Assembly (NCBI GenBank): GCA_028023455.1
Contig: JAQFVV010000004.1
Span: 17,980,001-18,044,000, forward strand
Direction of reading: 5' to 3'
From: Epiperipatus broadwayi
Lineage: Eukaryota; Animalia; Onychophora
DNA: 64,000 bases
The translations under genes were made by a program, and so were the position numbers. Numbering within the stretch: position 1 is the first letter of the stretch; each line of letters opens with the position of its first letter. The notes under the pieces are model-generated. The model was not told the origin of the DNA, made no database searches, and was given only the letters and a program-made list of their open reading frames with translations. Positions 12,901 through 23,199 of this stretch are shown one piece after another.

Positions 12901-13609
12901 ATTCACCTACATTTTCATATAACAGAAAACCAGAAATTCAATAACCCTAAGTAAATACAAATATAGTAAAATAAAAACACTTGGAAAATTTAAAAAAATT
13001 ACATCTACGGTGCAGCACAATTGTATGTTGCCACGAAGTGCATATTGATAAAAACAGGCATAGAGCATCTCATATCTTATCTGGATTCATACTTATTTTC
13101 TAATGCAAGCATAAGATGAGAAACAGTACACATGACTATCTTGGATCTTTTAGCCTAATAATCCTTTACAGACCCATGCACTTAAAAACACACCCACAAA
13201 CATTTCATCTTACACTTCAAAAAAGAATCTTTGAAAAAAAACAGCACCTATCAACTCTCAAACAACATAACTAATATCAATAAAGACTAGCCCATAATTT
13301 AAAAGAATGGATTAAACATTGGGATCAATACATTTTTTTAAATTAATAGATCTTCCTAATCTCATGCATATAGATTTATCATGCCTCACATTTTATCTTC
13401 CAGGGATATATCTTTATAGTACCCAATAGGTGATATTTTTATGTAATTGTCAAAAAATGTGTGGGCAACTAAGAACTTATAACCATTTCTAAATTTATGA
13501 TCACAAGGTAAATAAGGATGATAATCATGAATGATATCATGCATACACAGATTCAACACTTATTCTACTGTTACACTAACTCCTACAATAAACACACCAG
13601 ATGTACAGA

Positions 13610-14290
13610 GCATGTGATAAAATCAGAATTGATTGAGGGTATCTTCTACTGATATATATAAAATAAGATTAACAATAAAAGCAAGTATGGAGGCAATATT
13701 AATGAATTAACATACTTTTAATTCAATTTTCACAGATAAACTCTAAAATAAAATAAAACAATCAATAACAACAAAAATAAATATCTGATGTGAGCAAGAA
13801 AGTTCCTTCCATAATAAATCTTTTCACATTTGCTTTGGATTTAAAAGAAAACATATAAGTAAATAAATAAAAATTTGTTTAAATGGATTATGGCTAGAAT
13901 TTATTCTTCACCATTCATGTTCATTCAACATCTACAAGTCATTTACTTGTAATACTTGTGCAGCAATAACACACATTTGAACAAACATCACAATGATTTC
14001 TCATAGAAGTTTGCTGATATGTATTTTACATATGATCTTTTTTAAATAAATACTAATAATAACATTAATCTTATTTAAATTTATACAAGTAAAGAAAACT
14101 CAATACAATTTTACATAATATTAACTTTTGTAATTCAAATAAAATTTTAACCCCTAGACATCAATTCGCAAACATTTTATAAAAGACAATCCTTTGTTTA
14201 TAACTGTCCTTCATGTCAAATATAACTAAAATTTAGTTATTTAAATGGGGCTACCATATGACATTATTGCATCATATAAACATAATATCC
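13610..14290 (+). repeat. Third, more diverged copy of the 2870-4830 repeat unit
   Basis: Shared blocks aaaacaatcaataacaacaaaaata, agtaaataaataaaaatttg, gcagcaataacacacatt, taactgtccttcatg. Confidence 0.75.
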
Positions 14291-14679
14291 AGATCTTCAG
14301 GCTTATAAAGTATTTAATATAATAACATCTCTAACTTGTAACAGAATTCAGCATTTCTACCTTCCTAAAACATACAATTATTAATATAACCATTCCCTTG
14401 AATTATTATAAAAAAATAATTAGAGCTAAACATATTTCTTATTAAAATCTGCCCAGTTTCATAATAGATATATATTTTATTCTTGAAATATTGATATTTT
14501 ATTCCTTTTTGATATGTGGATGCCTTTTGATATTTACCGATCTATAAAAGAAAAATGTTTAATACTTCAGGTGCATCCATTACATTTATATTTAAGTAAA
14601 TGCAAAATCACATTAGCAAATATGCTTGTGTTTATAAATTATTATTTATGTCAAAGCTTAATATGCATTTATTTGCCTG

Positions 14680-14931
14680 GATGTGATAATATGTTGGACT
14701 ATTTCTATCATCTACCATTAAAGTTGGAAAAATCTAGAAAATTTTTACCTTTATTTAAACTTTTCAAATACAAACAACTGTTAGAAATAACAAACAAATA
14801 GTGTAATCTACTAACTTATATTGTTTATTTATGTATTATTACCAGCAGTTGATTGTATTTGAAAAGTTTAAATAAAATTTTAAATTTTCTAGATGGTAGA
14901 TGATGGAAATAGTTCAATATATTATCACATC
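14680..14931. repeat. Old ~250-bp imperfect fold-back (MITE-like)
   Basis: gatgtgataatatgttggactatttctatcatctacca pairs with tggtagatgatggaaatagttcaatatattatcacatc; the tctagaaaatt...cttttcaaataca...caactg inner arms also pair. Confidence 0.8.
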
Positions 14932-16057
14932 TTAATATACATCATTTAAACATGTGAATGCTTGATTAATTAAAATGCTTTTTAAATTTCATTTTGAAAA
15001 AATTATTGCCAGAATTGAATTTTTTTCTTTTAGTAAATAAAAAGTCAATAAACACAATGCAACAGTTTACAAAACGATCAATAAATTCACAATAAAAAAT
15101 ATAATACTTAAAAAATCTTGATACCATTTTAGCAACACCTTTTTTTTTTTGTTATCAAATGTATATTTTTTATCATTTAACCTTGTTTAAATCTGAAGGT
15201 TTTTTGTTTGTTTTTTTTTCAGACAAATGATGCTTCAACTGACATTGATTTCATGGTTAAGATGATTATTCCCTTGACTTAATAAAAAATATTTGGTCAT
15301 TGTATTAATGTAGACAAATAAATAGGACATAAAATCGTTTAGTTTGAAATTCTGGTAATGAGAGATTTGATCTCCCCTTTTCACAACTTTAACAGACCAT
15401 AATGATTTGAAATCATAAATTAAGAACTATAATTATCTTTTAATAGTAGACTATGAAAACAAAAATAATCTATTTTAAAGATGATTGCAAAACCTATATT
15501 CGTTTCTTTCTTTTTTTATCATTCAAGTCATCCAGAAATTTGCCATTTGAAGATCAATTATTATATAATAAAAACAAAGTTTATACTTTAATATTTTTTT
15601 CATTAAATAAAATTAAATATGACTTTCAAAGATATTTAATTATTGACATTTATCTATTTTATCTTATTACTAGAAAGCAAATAAATGTTTGATGTATATG
15701 TATTCCATACCATTTTTAATCCTTTTACAATCATGAATTTTTTTTAATAGTAAAAATAAAAATTATAATCTAATATGTTAAGAAAGTGTTACTTAGATAT
15801 ATAAGAAACCATGTTTGTGAAGTGATTATTTTTGAGAAAAATTAATCTGAGACTTGTTTTTCTTTTTCTTCCTTTTCTTCTCTCAATAATATAGCCACTT
15901 TGAGCTGTCTCAATATATACAACTTACACATACAAATTTATATATCTATAATAGTTAGAATACAATATCTGAATCTTATTAATTAACTGAATATTTTAAA
16001 TCAAATTCAATACTTTATATATATTATCCAAACTAATTTAATTTATATGATTTAAAT

Positions 16058-18120
16058 CAGGAATGTGCAAAAATTTGATTGTGGTCAGCCAATGAACCAC
16101 CAAGAAATTTTGGAGTGATCCCCAGAATTAAGAGAAGTTATTATAATTTTCAAAAATTAACAAAATATATTTTTATTAAATTCAAATTATCAAAATTTTC
16201 AAGCTTACTTGACAAAAAATAATAAGATTAATTTCTTTAAATATCTACTTTTATCTCTTTTTAAATATGTTTTGTTTGATAATATATCCAAAACTAATAA
16301 CTGTTGGGAAATTTACTCATATAATTTAGTTATTAATAAGCAGCATAATACAGATGCCACACATATGCTTGAAAGAAATCAATAGTACAACAGACTTTCA
16401 ATTTCTTGTCTCTTATTGTGACAATTGCAAAATTATTACTGCTAATGAAAAAAATATTTTTATCATCATAGAAGTAATATTTTAGTATATTTTATGAAAG
16501 ATATAATGTCTGCATCAAGTGCAATGACTATTTTAAAACAGAATGGAAAACGTACTTTTTCATCACAATGATTAAATCAAAATGTATTATATATGCCATA
16601 TAAGTATTGCCACTTCCGAAAAAAAAGGTAACACTGAAAGATATTTTAAAAGCATGCATTGAAATTATGATACAGATAAGCCTTTAAAAAGTGAACTATA
16701 CCAATAAAAATTAAAGGAATTTAAATTATAACTAACCCAGTCAACAGACATTTTATTAAACTCATATTTAAATCTCAGGCAGTAATCACATTCATTAAGT
16801 ATGTCAAGAGCAGTAAAACCGCAAAAGAAACTTTTTGCAGAGGAATAAGTCATATATGAAAGCAAGTGATTCATTATTTGATTCAAAAAATTATTTTCAC
16901 AATTAAAAATGTGCAAATTTGCTGCAGAACTCTCATATGTTGTAAATAAATTCTGAATTGTGATTTGGTTAAATGATTAACCGAAGATATCAGCAACTAT
17001 ATTACTTTTTCCTAGCTGTTTGATGAATCCATTAATATAAGTGCTATTTTTCAGGTTTGTATTCTTATAAAAATGTTTTTTAAGAACATAAGAATTAAAG
17101 TAAAATTATTAACAGTATTATCTTTAAAGGAAAAAAAAAAAATGAAATGAAAATGTTTACTGTGCTTTCAAAATATATATATTAAAAAAAAGTGATTTAT
17201 AATGTCACATTATGACAATGTGTATAAAAATTCCTCAACTCTATTTGAGCTTAGTCTTCAAAAAAAAAAATTTAGATTTCAATAAAATAAACAAATCTGA
17301 ATATATGGCATTATTACATCATGCAGATTCTTTTACAATGATTCAGAGATTCACTACAAAATGTAAAAAAAAAAGTTTTAAGTGAACAGCTAACATACAT
17401 AATGAACGTAGACACAATATTTAGGTAATGGATTTAATTTTTATTGAGAATATAATTAACTCTTAATGAATTAAACTTCCAATTGCTAGAAAAAAACAAA
17501 ACAATAGTTAAAATGATTGGATATATTAATACTTTTAAAAACAGTTTAAACTGTTGGATATTTTCCCAATTGATAAAAACAAAATAAAAATTTTTAAAAA
17601 CATTTCTGATAAATTCTCAACAATTGAAAATCATTCAATAAAGACAAATATATTAAGAGAAAATAATAATTCTTTACTCAGAATTTGAAAGACTTATCCA
17701 AGAATTTACCAGATTAATAAAATCAATTGTTATGTTCAAGTTTTATACATTTGGCATTGTTGATCTGAAAAATATCATTGAAAAAATAAATAATACATTT
17801 CTATGATGGAAAATGAATTTCTTCAAAATGACAAAAATTTAAAAGCTCATAGTTCAGGTCTTAACAATTACTTTTGAAATCTAATGTACAAAGAAAAGTT
17901 CCTAATTTTAAAAAAATTATATTTAATTTTTTTTTTTAACATTACCTACCTGTGTGTTTGTGTTGTCGATGATAAAATTGTTTCTGTCTCAAAAAATAAT
18001 TAAGAATCCTGTTCAGGGTTAGCAGTTAATACTTAAATATTAATATATTCAAAATTAGTGGACAGTAAACAGTGCACATCTTCTTCAACTACTTAATCAA
18101 TTTTCATGATTCCACTTTAA
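16058..18120 (+). mobile_element. hAT transposon remnant (GTF2IRD2/SPIN-like transposase pseudogene)
   Basis: TIR-like caggaatgtgcaaa at 16058; broken translation YFKTEWKTYFFITMIKSKCIICH.SIATSEKKGNTERYF, then DES and LQNDKNLKA-like motifs downstream. Right end not found. Confidence 0.7.
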
Positions 18121-18366
18121 ATATATATTTGAGAGTGAGTTGTTGTTTTTTTGATAATATATTTTGTTTGATTGTATGAGTAATGATTTTTATTTTTACA
18201 TTAAATAAATAGACAGTTGATTGCAAAATTTACAGAAAATGGAAATAATTTTTGGCCTAATCTGCCAGGATATAATTTAGATAATATATTTAATTTAAAA
18301 TATCCAATTAATTAATAACATATAAACGAGTATTTATATAGTTTATATATTTATATAAAAAGATAT

Positions 18367-18819
18367 TAATATTAGCGATTAAGCCAATGCACATGCACTT
18401 TAAAGATAAATTATAAATGGATACTCAATTTTTCCAGACACGAGATATAGTATTTTAGAAAGAATGGAATGGATCACCCATTCTTTCGACCCAAACATTT
18501 ATGTATGGGCAAATCTTAAGTGTATGGAAATAAGAGCGTGAAGGTGTTACACGACACTTGCGAAATCTTTACAATTTACGAACTGTCATTCTTTAGTTGA
18601 AATTAAACATAACAAATGTAATTTAAAGTGATCGTATAACACCTTCACGCTCTTATTTCCACACACTTAACAGTTGTCCATACATAAATGTTTGGGTCGA
18701 AAGAATGGGTGATTCATTCCATTCTTTCTAAAATACTATATCTCGTGTCTGGAAAAATTGAGTATTCATTTATAATTTATCTTTAAAGCGCATGTGCATT
18801 GGCTTAATAGCTAATATTA
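18367..18819. mobile_element. Element C: ~190-bp near-perfect inverted repeats around a ~75-bp core; homologous to A and B
   Basis: 18367-~18556 versus ~18628-18819 differ at about 9 positions by my count. The arms align with the B unit and the core aligns with the A/B terminal hairpin. Confidence 0.9.
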
Positions 18820-20055
18820 CTATTACATAAAAAACATAGCACTATATAAAATAATCTCATTATAAAAAGATATTCTAAAGTTTTTGTTATTATTTATAAT
18901 TTTAAGATTAAATTAAAAGTTTTGTGAGATATATAACCATTTTAATTTGTTAATGATACACACACATTATTAATAATAAATTTTAACATCCGTATTAAAA
19001 TTAAATTTGTAGTTATGATGAAAATTATGGATCAGTCAAAATAAAAGATAGAAATACTGGATTCAAGTACATAAAGAATGGATTTTTTTAAAGATTTTGA
19101 AATGCAAAAGATAATTAAAAGGTTTTAACATAATACTGCTATAAAGACATAAATATATGTTAAAGGAGTGTAAAAATAGTTAAGATTATTGAGAAAAAAT
19201 AAAAATTAGATAATGTTAAACTTTGAAAGAATGTAATTACCAAAAAAAAAGAGAGAAAGAGGGAAAATATAAGATTTTGTTTATATGTTTTAATAAGTAA
19301 AAAAAAACTCTAAATGAATAATAGTTTTAAAAGTATTATTTAAATGTAATGTAAAGTATTAATAATGAATTGTGAAGTGTAGATTTGAATAAAAAATATG
19401 TGATAAACTAGTAAACAATGAAAGTAAAAATTACAGTAACAGATAATAAAAACTAATTCACTTCAATATATATATGATGAACTAAAACATAAATTTAAGC
19501 TCAATATTAACTTTAACAATGGTAAATTCTGTATGCCAATAAAAAATAAAATTAAAATGATAACTAAAAATTTTTAAATAACAATACATTTTATAATTAA
19601 AATATAAAAGCAAAATAAAAAAAAAGCTTATGCCCTTTGAATTATAAGATTTTAAAAAAAAGTCAAATACAAGTGTCTAGAATGATTAAAAACATTGAAA
19701 TAATGATAATAAATACCCAGTAGAAAATAAGTATGGCCTTTCTAACTCAAAAAAAGGAAAAAAAAGAAAGAGAAAAAAATGCTCTAAATATGAGTTTTGC
19801 CATGACTGTACAAATCAATCTGTTAACCACAAATACTTCCATTAACCTTAACCCTAAATATAGAATATGCTGGTCAATTTTTCTGTTTATTTGATATTTT
19901 ATAATGTTTTCTTTTAATTTATTTAGCAAAAAATTTTATTTTCTGAAATATTTCAATATCAAGTTTAATTGTAGGTTTACAATGTATTCCATTTTCTGTC
20001 ATATCTTCCTGATAAAAACAATTGCCATTGCACATTTTTATGTCTTTTAAGATAA

Positions 20056-20299
20056 TACAATTTATCCAAACCATTTCAAACACTTTTTAGCAAAACCCTT
20101 TATTTCTAGATATATACATACACCTACGTTTCGATTATTAATATTATTTTTCCTCTCATAAAATAAAATTTAAACAGTAAATAGAATCATCATCATTCCA
20201 CTATATGAGCTTTGAAGAAGATTGCAGGTCAGTCGAAACATAGGTGTATAAATAAAGAGTTTTTCTAAAAAGTGTTCTAAGTGGTTTGGATAAATTGTA
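20056..20299 (+). mobile_element. Element D: Penelope-like pLTR fragment with head-to-head inverted partial copy
   Basis: 20233-20299 (tcgaaacataggtgtata aataaagag...ggataaattgta) is mirrored imperfectly by 20056-20134, with a hammerhead-like core immediately upstream of the right-hand copy. Confidence 0.7.
20208..20246 (+). ncRNA. Degenerate minimal type I hammerhead ribozyme motif
   Basis: TTGAAGA-A-GATTG(caggt)CAGTC-GAAAC; the inverted copy preserves GAAACGTA (palindromic stem III, GUA triplet). C3 is changed to U and stem I is weak. Confidence 0.55.
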
Positions 20300-20389
20300 C
20301 TTATATAAGATATTACAGCAAAATAAAGAAAAGGGTAATTTTGATAATATTTTTTAAGATAATCCTTTTAATGTAGATAGGGTCTATTT

Positions 20390-20980
20390 CTCCTAAGAAA
20401 TCCATGTTCAAATTTGCAACTGTTCATTCATTTTATGCATTCAATCTAATGAAAGTGTGATTTTACAATAATGGACTCTTATAGTATCACATCCAAAAAG
20501 TTGAATTAAAGTATTGAATAGTTTTATGATTTTTGCCATTATATTTTTAAAATTTTATGAAGCAACCTTAAGTGAAACTTTTCCAATGTCTCTATATTAT
20601 GTCAATAGGATATCCAAATCTCACTTTTATACAATAATTTAGATAATAACTTTATATACATACAACTAACTTAATTACAGTAATTATTTCCCAGTGATGA
20701 AATGTCATATTTAACTTGTCAAAGGCAGTAACAACACATTAAAATCTGCATTACACCTCAATATCTAAGTCCATTTTTCTTCTTATAAAACTACCTAAGT
20801 ATTTAAACTGGTTTGTATTCTCAAACTAATAACCATCCAAGCTTTAAATGTTGCTGAAGATTTTTCTTCAGTCACTACTGATAAAGAACTTGAGTTTTTT
20901 GAACATTAATTATTAAACCAAAATCTTTATATAAATTCAAAACATTAAATGCATTCTGTAAACTGTCTTTTGAACTGGCA
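20390..20980 (-). mobile_element. Degenerate LINE RT C-terminal remnant
   Basis: The minus strand contains a KYLGS motif (aaatacttaggtagt) in a decayed frame. Confidence 0.4.
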
Positions 20981-22375
20981 AAAACAGCATAATTATTAGC
21001 ATTATGTAAATTCAGAATCCAAGAAGTAGAATAGTTTTAATATGTCTAGAGTAGTATAATTTTGAAAAACATTAAAAAATGAGCTTAAAAAGGAAAGGTA
21101 AAAAAAACAGTATGATATAAAAAATAAAAAAGGATAATACTGCATATTTACAAAAAAAAAAAAATCACAGTTAATATAAGCAAATTTTTTATAAAAATTT
21201 TGATAATTACTGCAATATCACTATCATTTATATTAATAATGATAATGTAGAATATTTAAATTAAATTAATTTTCTTAATAAAATTATTATTACATTTTCC
21301 CCCTAATCACTATGCTCTCCTTTATTTACAAAAAAAAAAAAAAAGGGGGGGGGGTATTTATTATTTGTGTCAACTATGTATAAATTCTTTATTCTAAAGT
21401 AATGCCATTATTACAAGGCAATATTTTTAACTTAGGTAAAAGAATTAAAAATAATTAATTTTATTACAAATACGAACTAAGTCTATAATAATGAAAATAA
21501 TAAAAAAATGTAGTAACCATGACAGTTGTTTTCATTAAAATTTATAACTATAAACAATAAAGCTGTATTTATGATATAATTTTTTAAATATATATACACA
21601 GTATATTATATAATGCAATTATTTCTGTTATGAATTATCTCTTTTTTAATTAATTGAAGCATTCATAAAACATTTACTAATAATGGAAACAATCAGATTT
21701 TTAGAAATAATAAATTCATTTATATGATGCGGCGAAATAGTTGGAAGGTCTCAAAATAGAAAATAGTTTATTGATACCATCTAAATTTTCCATAAACGAC
21801 TGCATGCTAAAAGTCATGGTCTTCGAAATATTTATTTTACATTTAGTAAAATAATAAATGGAATAAATTATAATTATCCTACGTTATTATATATGGAATT
21901 TAATAAGAGATGCTATTTTCTATTACTGCAAGTCTGGCGGATATATGTAAGATGAACATACACGTGCATGTTAAAAAAATCAAATATGTAATTAAATCAC
22001 TTTTGTTTTTTTAATAAAAAAAACCCAAACAAAACAAAATAATACAGTCGTTTACAAATATACAAAAACAGAATTCTCTGATAAAATTTTATAAGCAAAT
22101 AAATGTCTACATTTTATTTTCAAATCCAGAACCCAAAATAAACATTTTTTTTTTTTTAAATCTTAGACCAAAAATAAAATTTATATTGTAATTAAGTCTT
22201 TAAAAATTCATTTTAAAACGTGTTGTTTACATTACTGTCAATTTATAATCAATTCGTAATAAAAACATTAATACAGATAATATTAAAACACAATTCAGAA
22301 ATATTTTTACATATATTTCGAACATCTGCTTATACAAAAAAAATTTTTAAAAAAGCATCCTTTGAAATATCTTAC

Positions 22376-22432
22376 CTCACTATTATCATGAGAAAATGTG
22401 TCAAAAAATAAAAGTACCATAGAGTCTGCCAT
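22376..22432 (-). CDS. VIRMA: First coding exon of virilizer / VIRMA (KIAA1429), m6A methyltransferase complex adaptor
   Basis: Translates MADSMVLLFFDTFSHDNSE and ends at phase-0 donor GAG|gtaaga. From memory it matches the N-termini of Drosophila vir (..ELLFFDTFSHE..) and human VIRMA (MAVDSAMELLFLDTFKHPSAE). Confidence 0.9.
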
Positions 22433-23052
22433 CTTCAATCTCGTTATTCTCGATTTTTTTTTCTCGTTATTAACGAGACTTCTTTTTTTTTATCTATAAA
22501 ACTTAATTACTGTATTTAGTTTTACTTTTACGTTTTTAGAATTATTAAAGTTATTTATTATTAACAATATTGTTTCACCATATTTTATTTCACGGTAAAA
22601 CATATTGGAAATATGAAGATAAAAATTAAAATATATGTATATTATCTCCATTGTGTTTCTTTTTAAAAGAAATCACTATGTCTTAAAAGTTTAAAAAAGA
22701 TATTTTTTCTCTTTCTTAATTATGCTTTCTTCCTCGTTACCGTATTCTACATTACTTCTTACAATGATAATTTATTTTAAAATTATGTTTTATATTTATT
22801 GCAAAAGAAGAAATGATGTCTGTGAAGCGATGATTTTCAAAGCAAAGTCGTAAAATTGTTTTTTTGTGTTATGATTAATCAAACTTCCATATCAGATATT
22901 TCCATGAATTATATTTATGATACCATTTACATATTTCGAATACGTTATTTTTTATTCTCAAAGTAATAGAAAATAAGTTGGTATAGTATACATACTTTTT
23001 TTTTAAAAAACTTTATAAGGTATGAGATTGCTGTCACTGGTTGGGCCACAAG

Positions 23053-23127
23053 ATGGCGGAGAGTGAACTAACTTTGGTGAATCTAGCACTAATTAAAAAA
23101 CGCATGTTCGACACTACCAGGATTAAG
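23053..23127 (+). CDS. Candidate first exon of an unidentified divergent gene (MAESELTLVNLALIKKRMFDTTRIK)
   Basis: CAAGATGGCGGA start context, 25 open codons, possible donor AAG|gtaaac, located in the CpG-rich region. Protein not recognised and no downstream exon identified. Confidence 0.4.
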
Positions 23128-23199
23128 GTAAACATATGTCGATGACAATGGAGAAAGCTAGTAAGTGGAAGAAATTGAACAATCAGCATCCGTTCAGTT

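Larger units (their letters stand above)
1..22375 (-). other. Probable intron 1 of virilizer/VIRMA (continues beyond the left edge of the window)
   Basis: Begins at a canonical GAG|GTAAGA donor after the VIRMA-like exon. I searched the minus strand by eye for expected exon-2 motifs (LDLVQFP, EVRIIP, GATNP) and found none; the interval is filled with TE remnants. Confidence 0.65.

Noticed and set aside
18812-18820. TAATATTAC (geminivirus-type rolling-circle nonanucleotide) at the end of element C, with similar words in A
   Set aside because: Several chance occurrences are expected at this AT content; it is not in a conserved hairpin loop and is absent from B.
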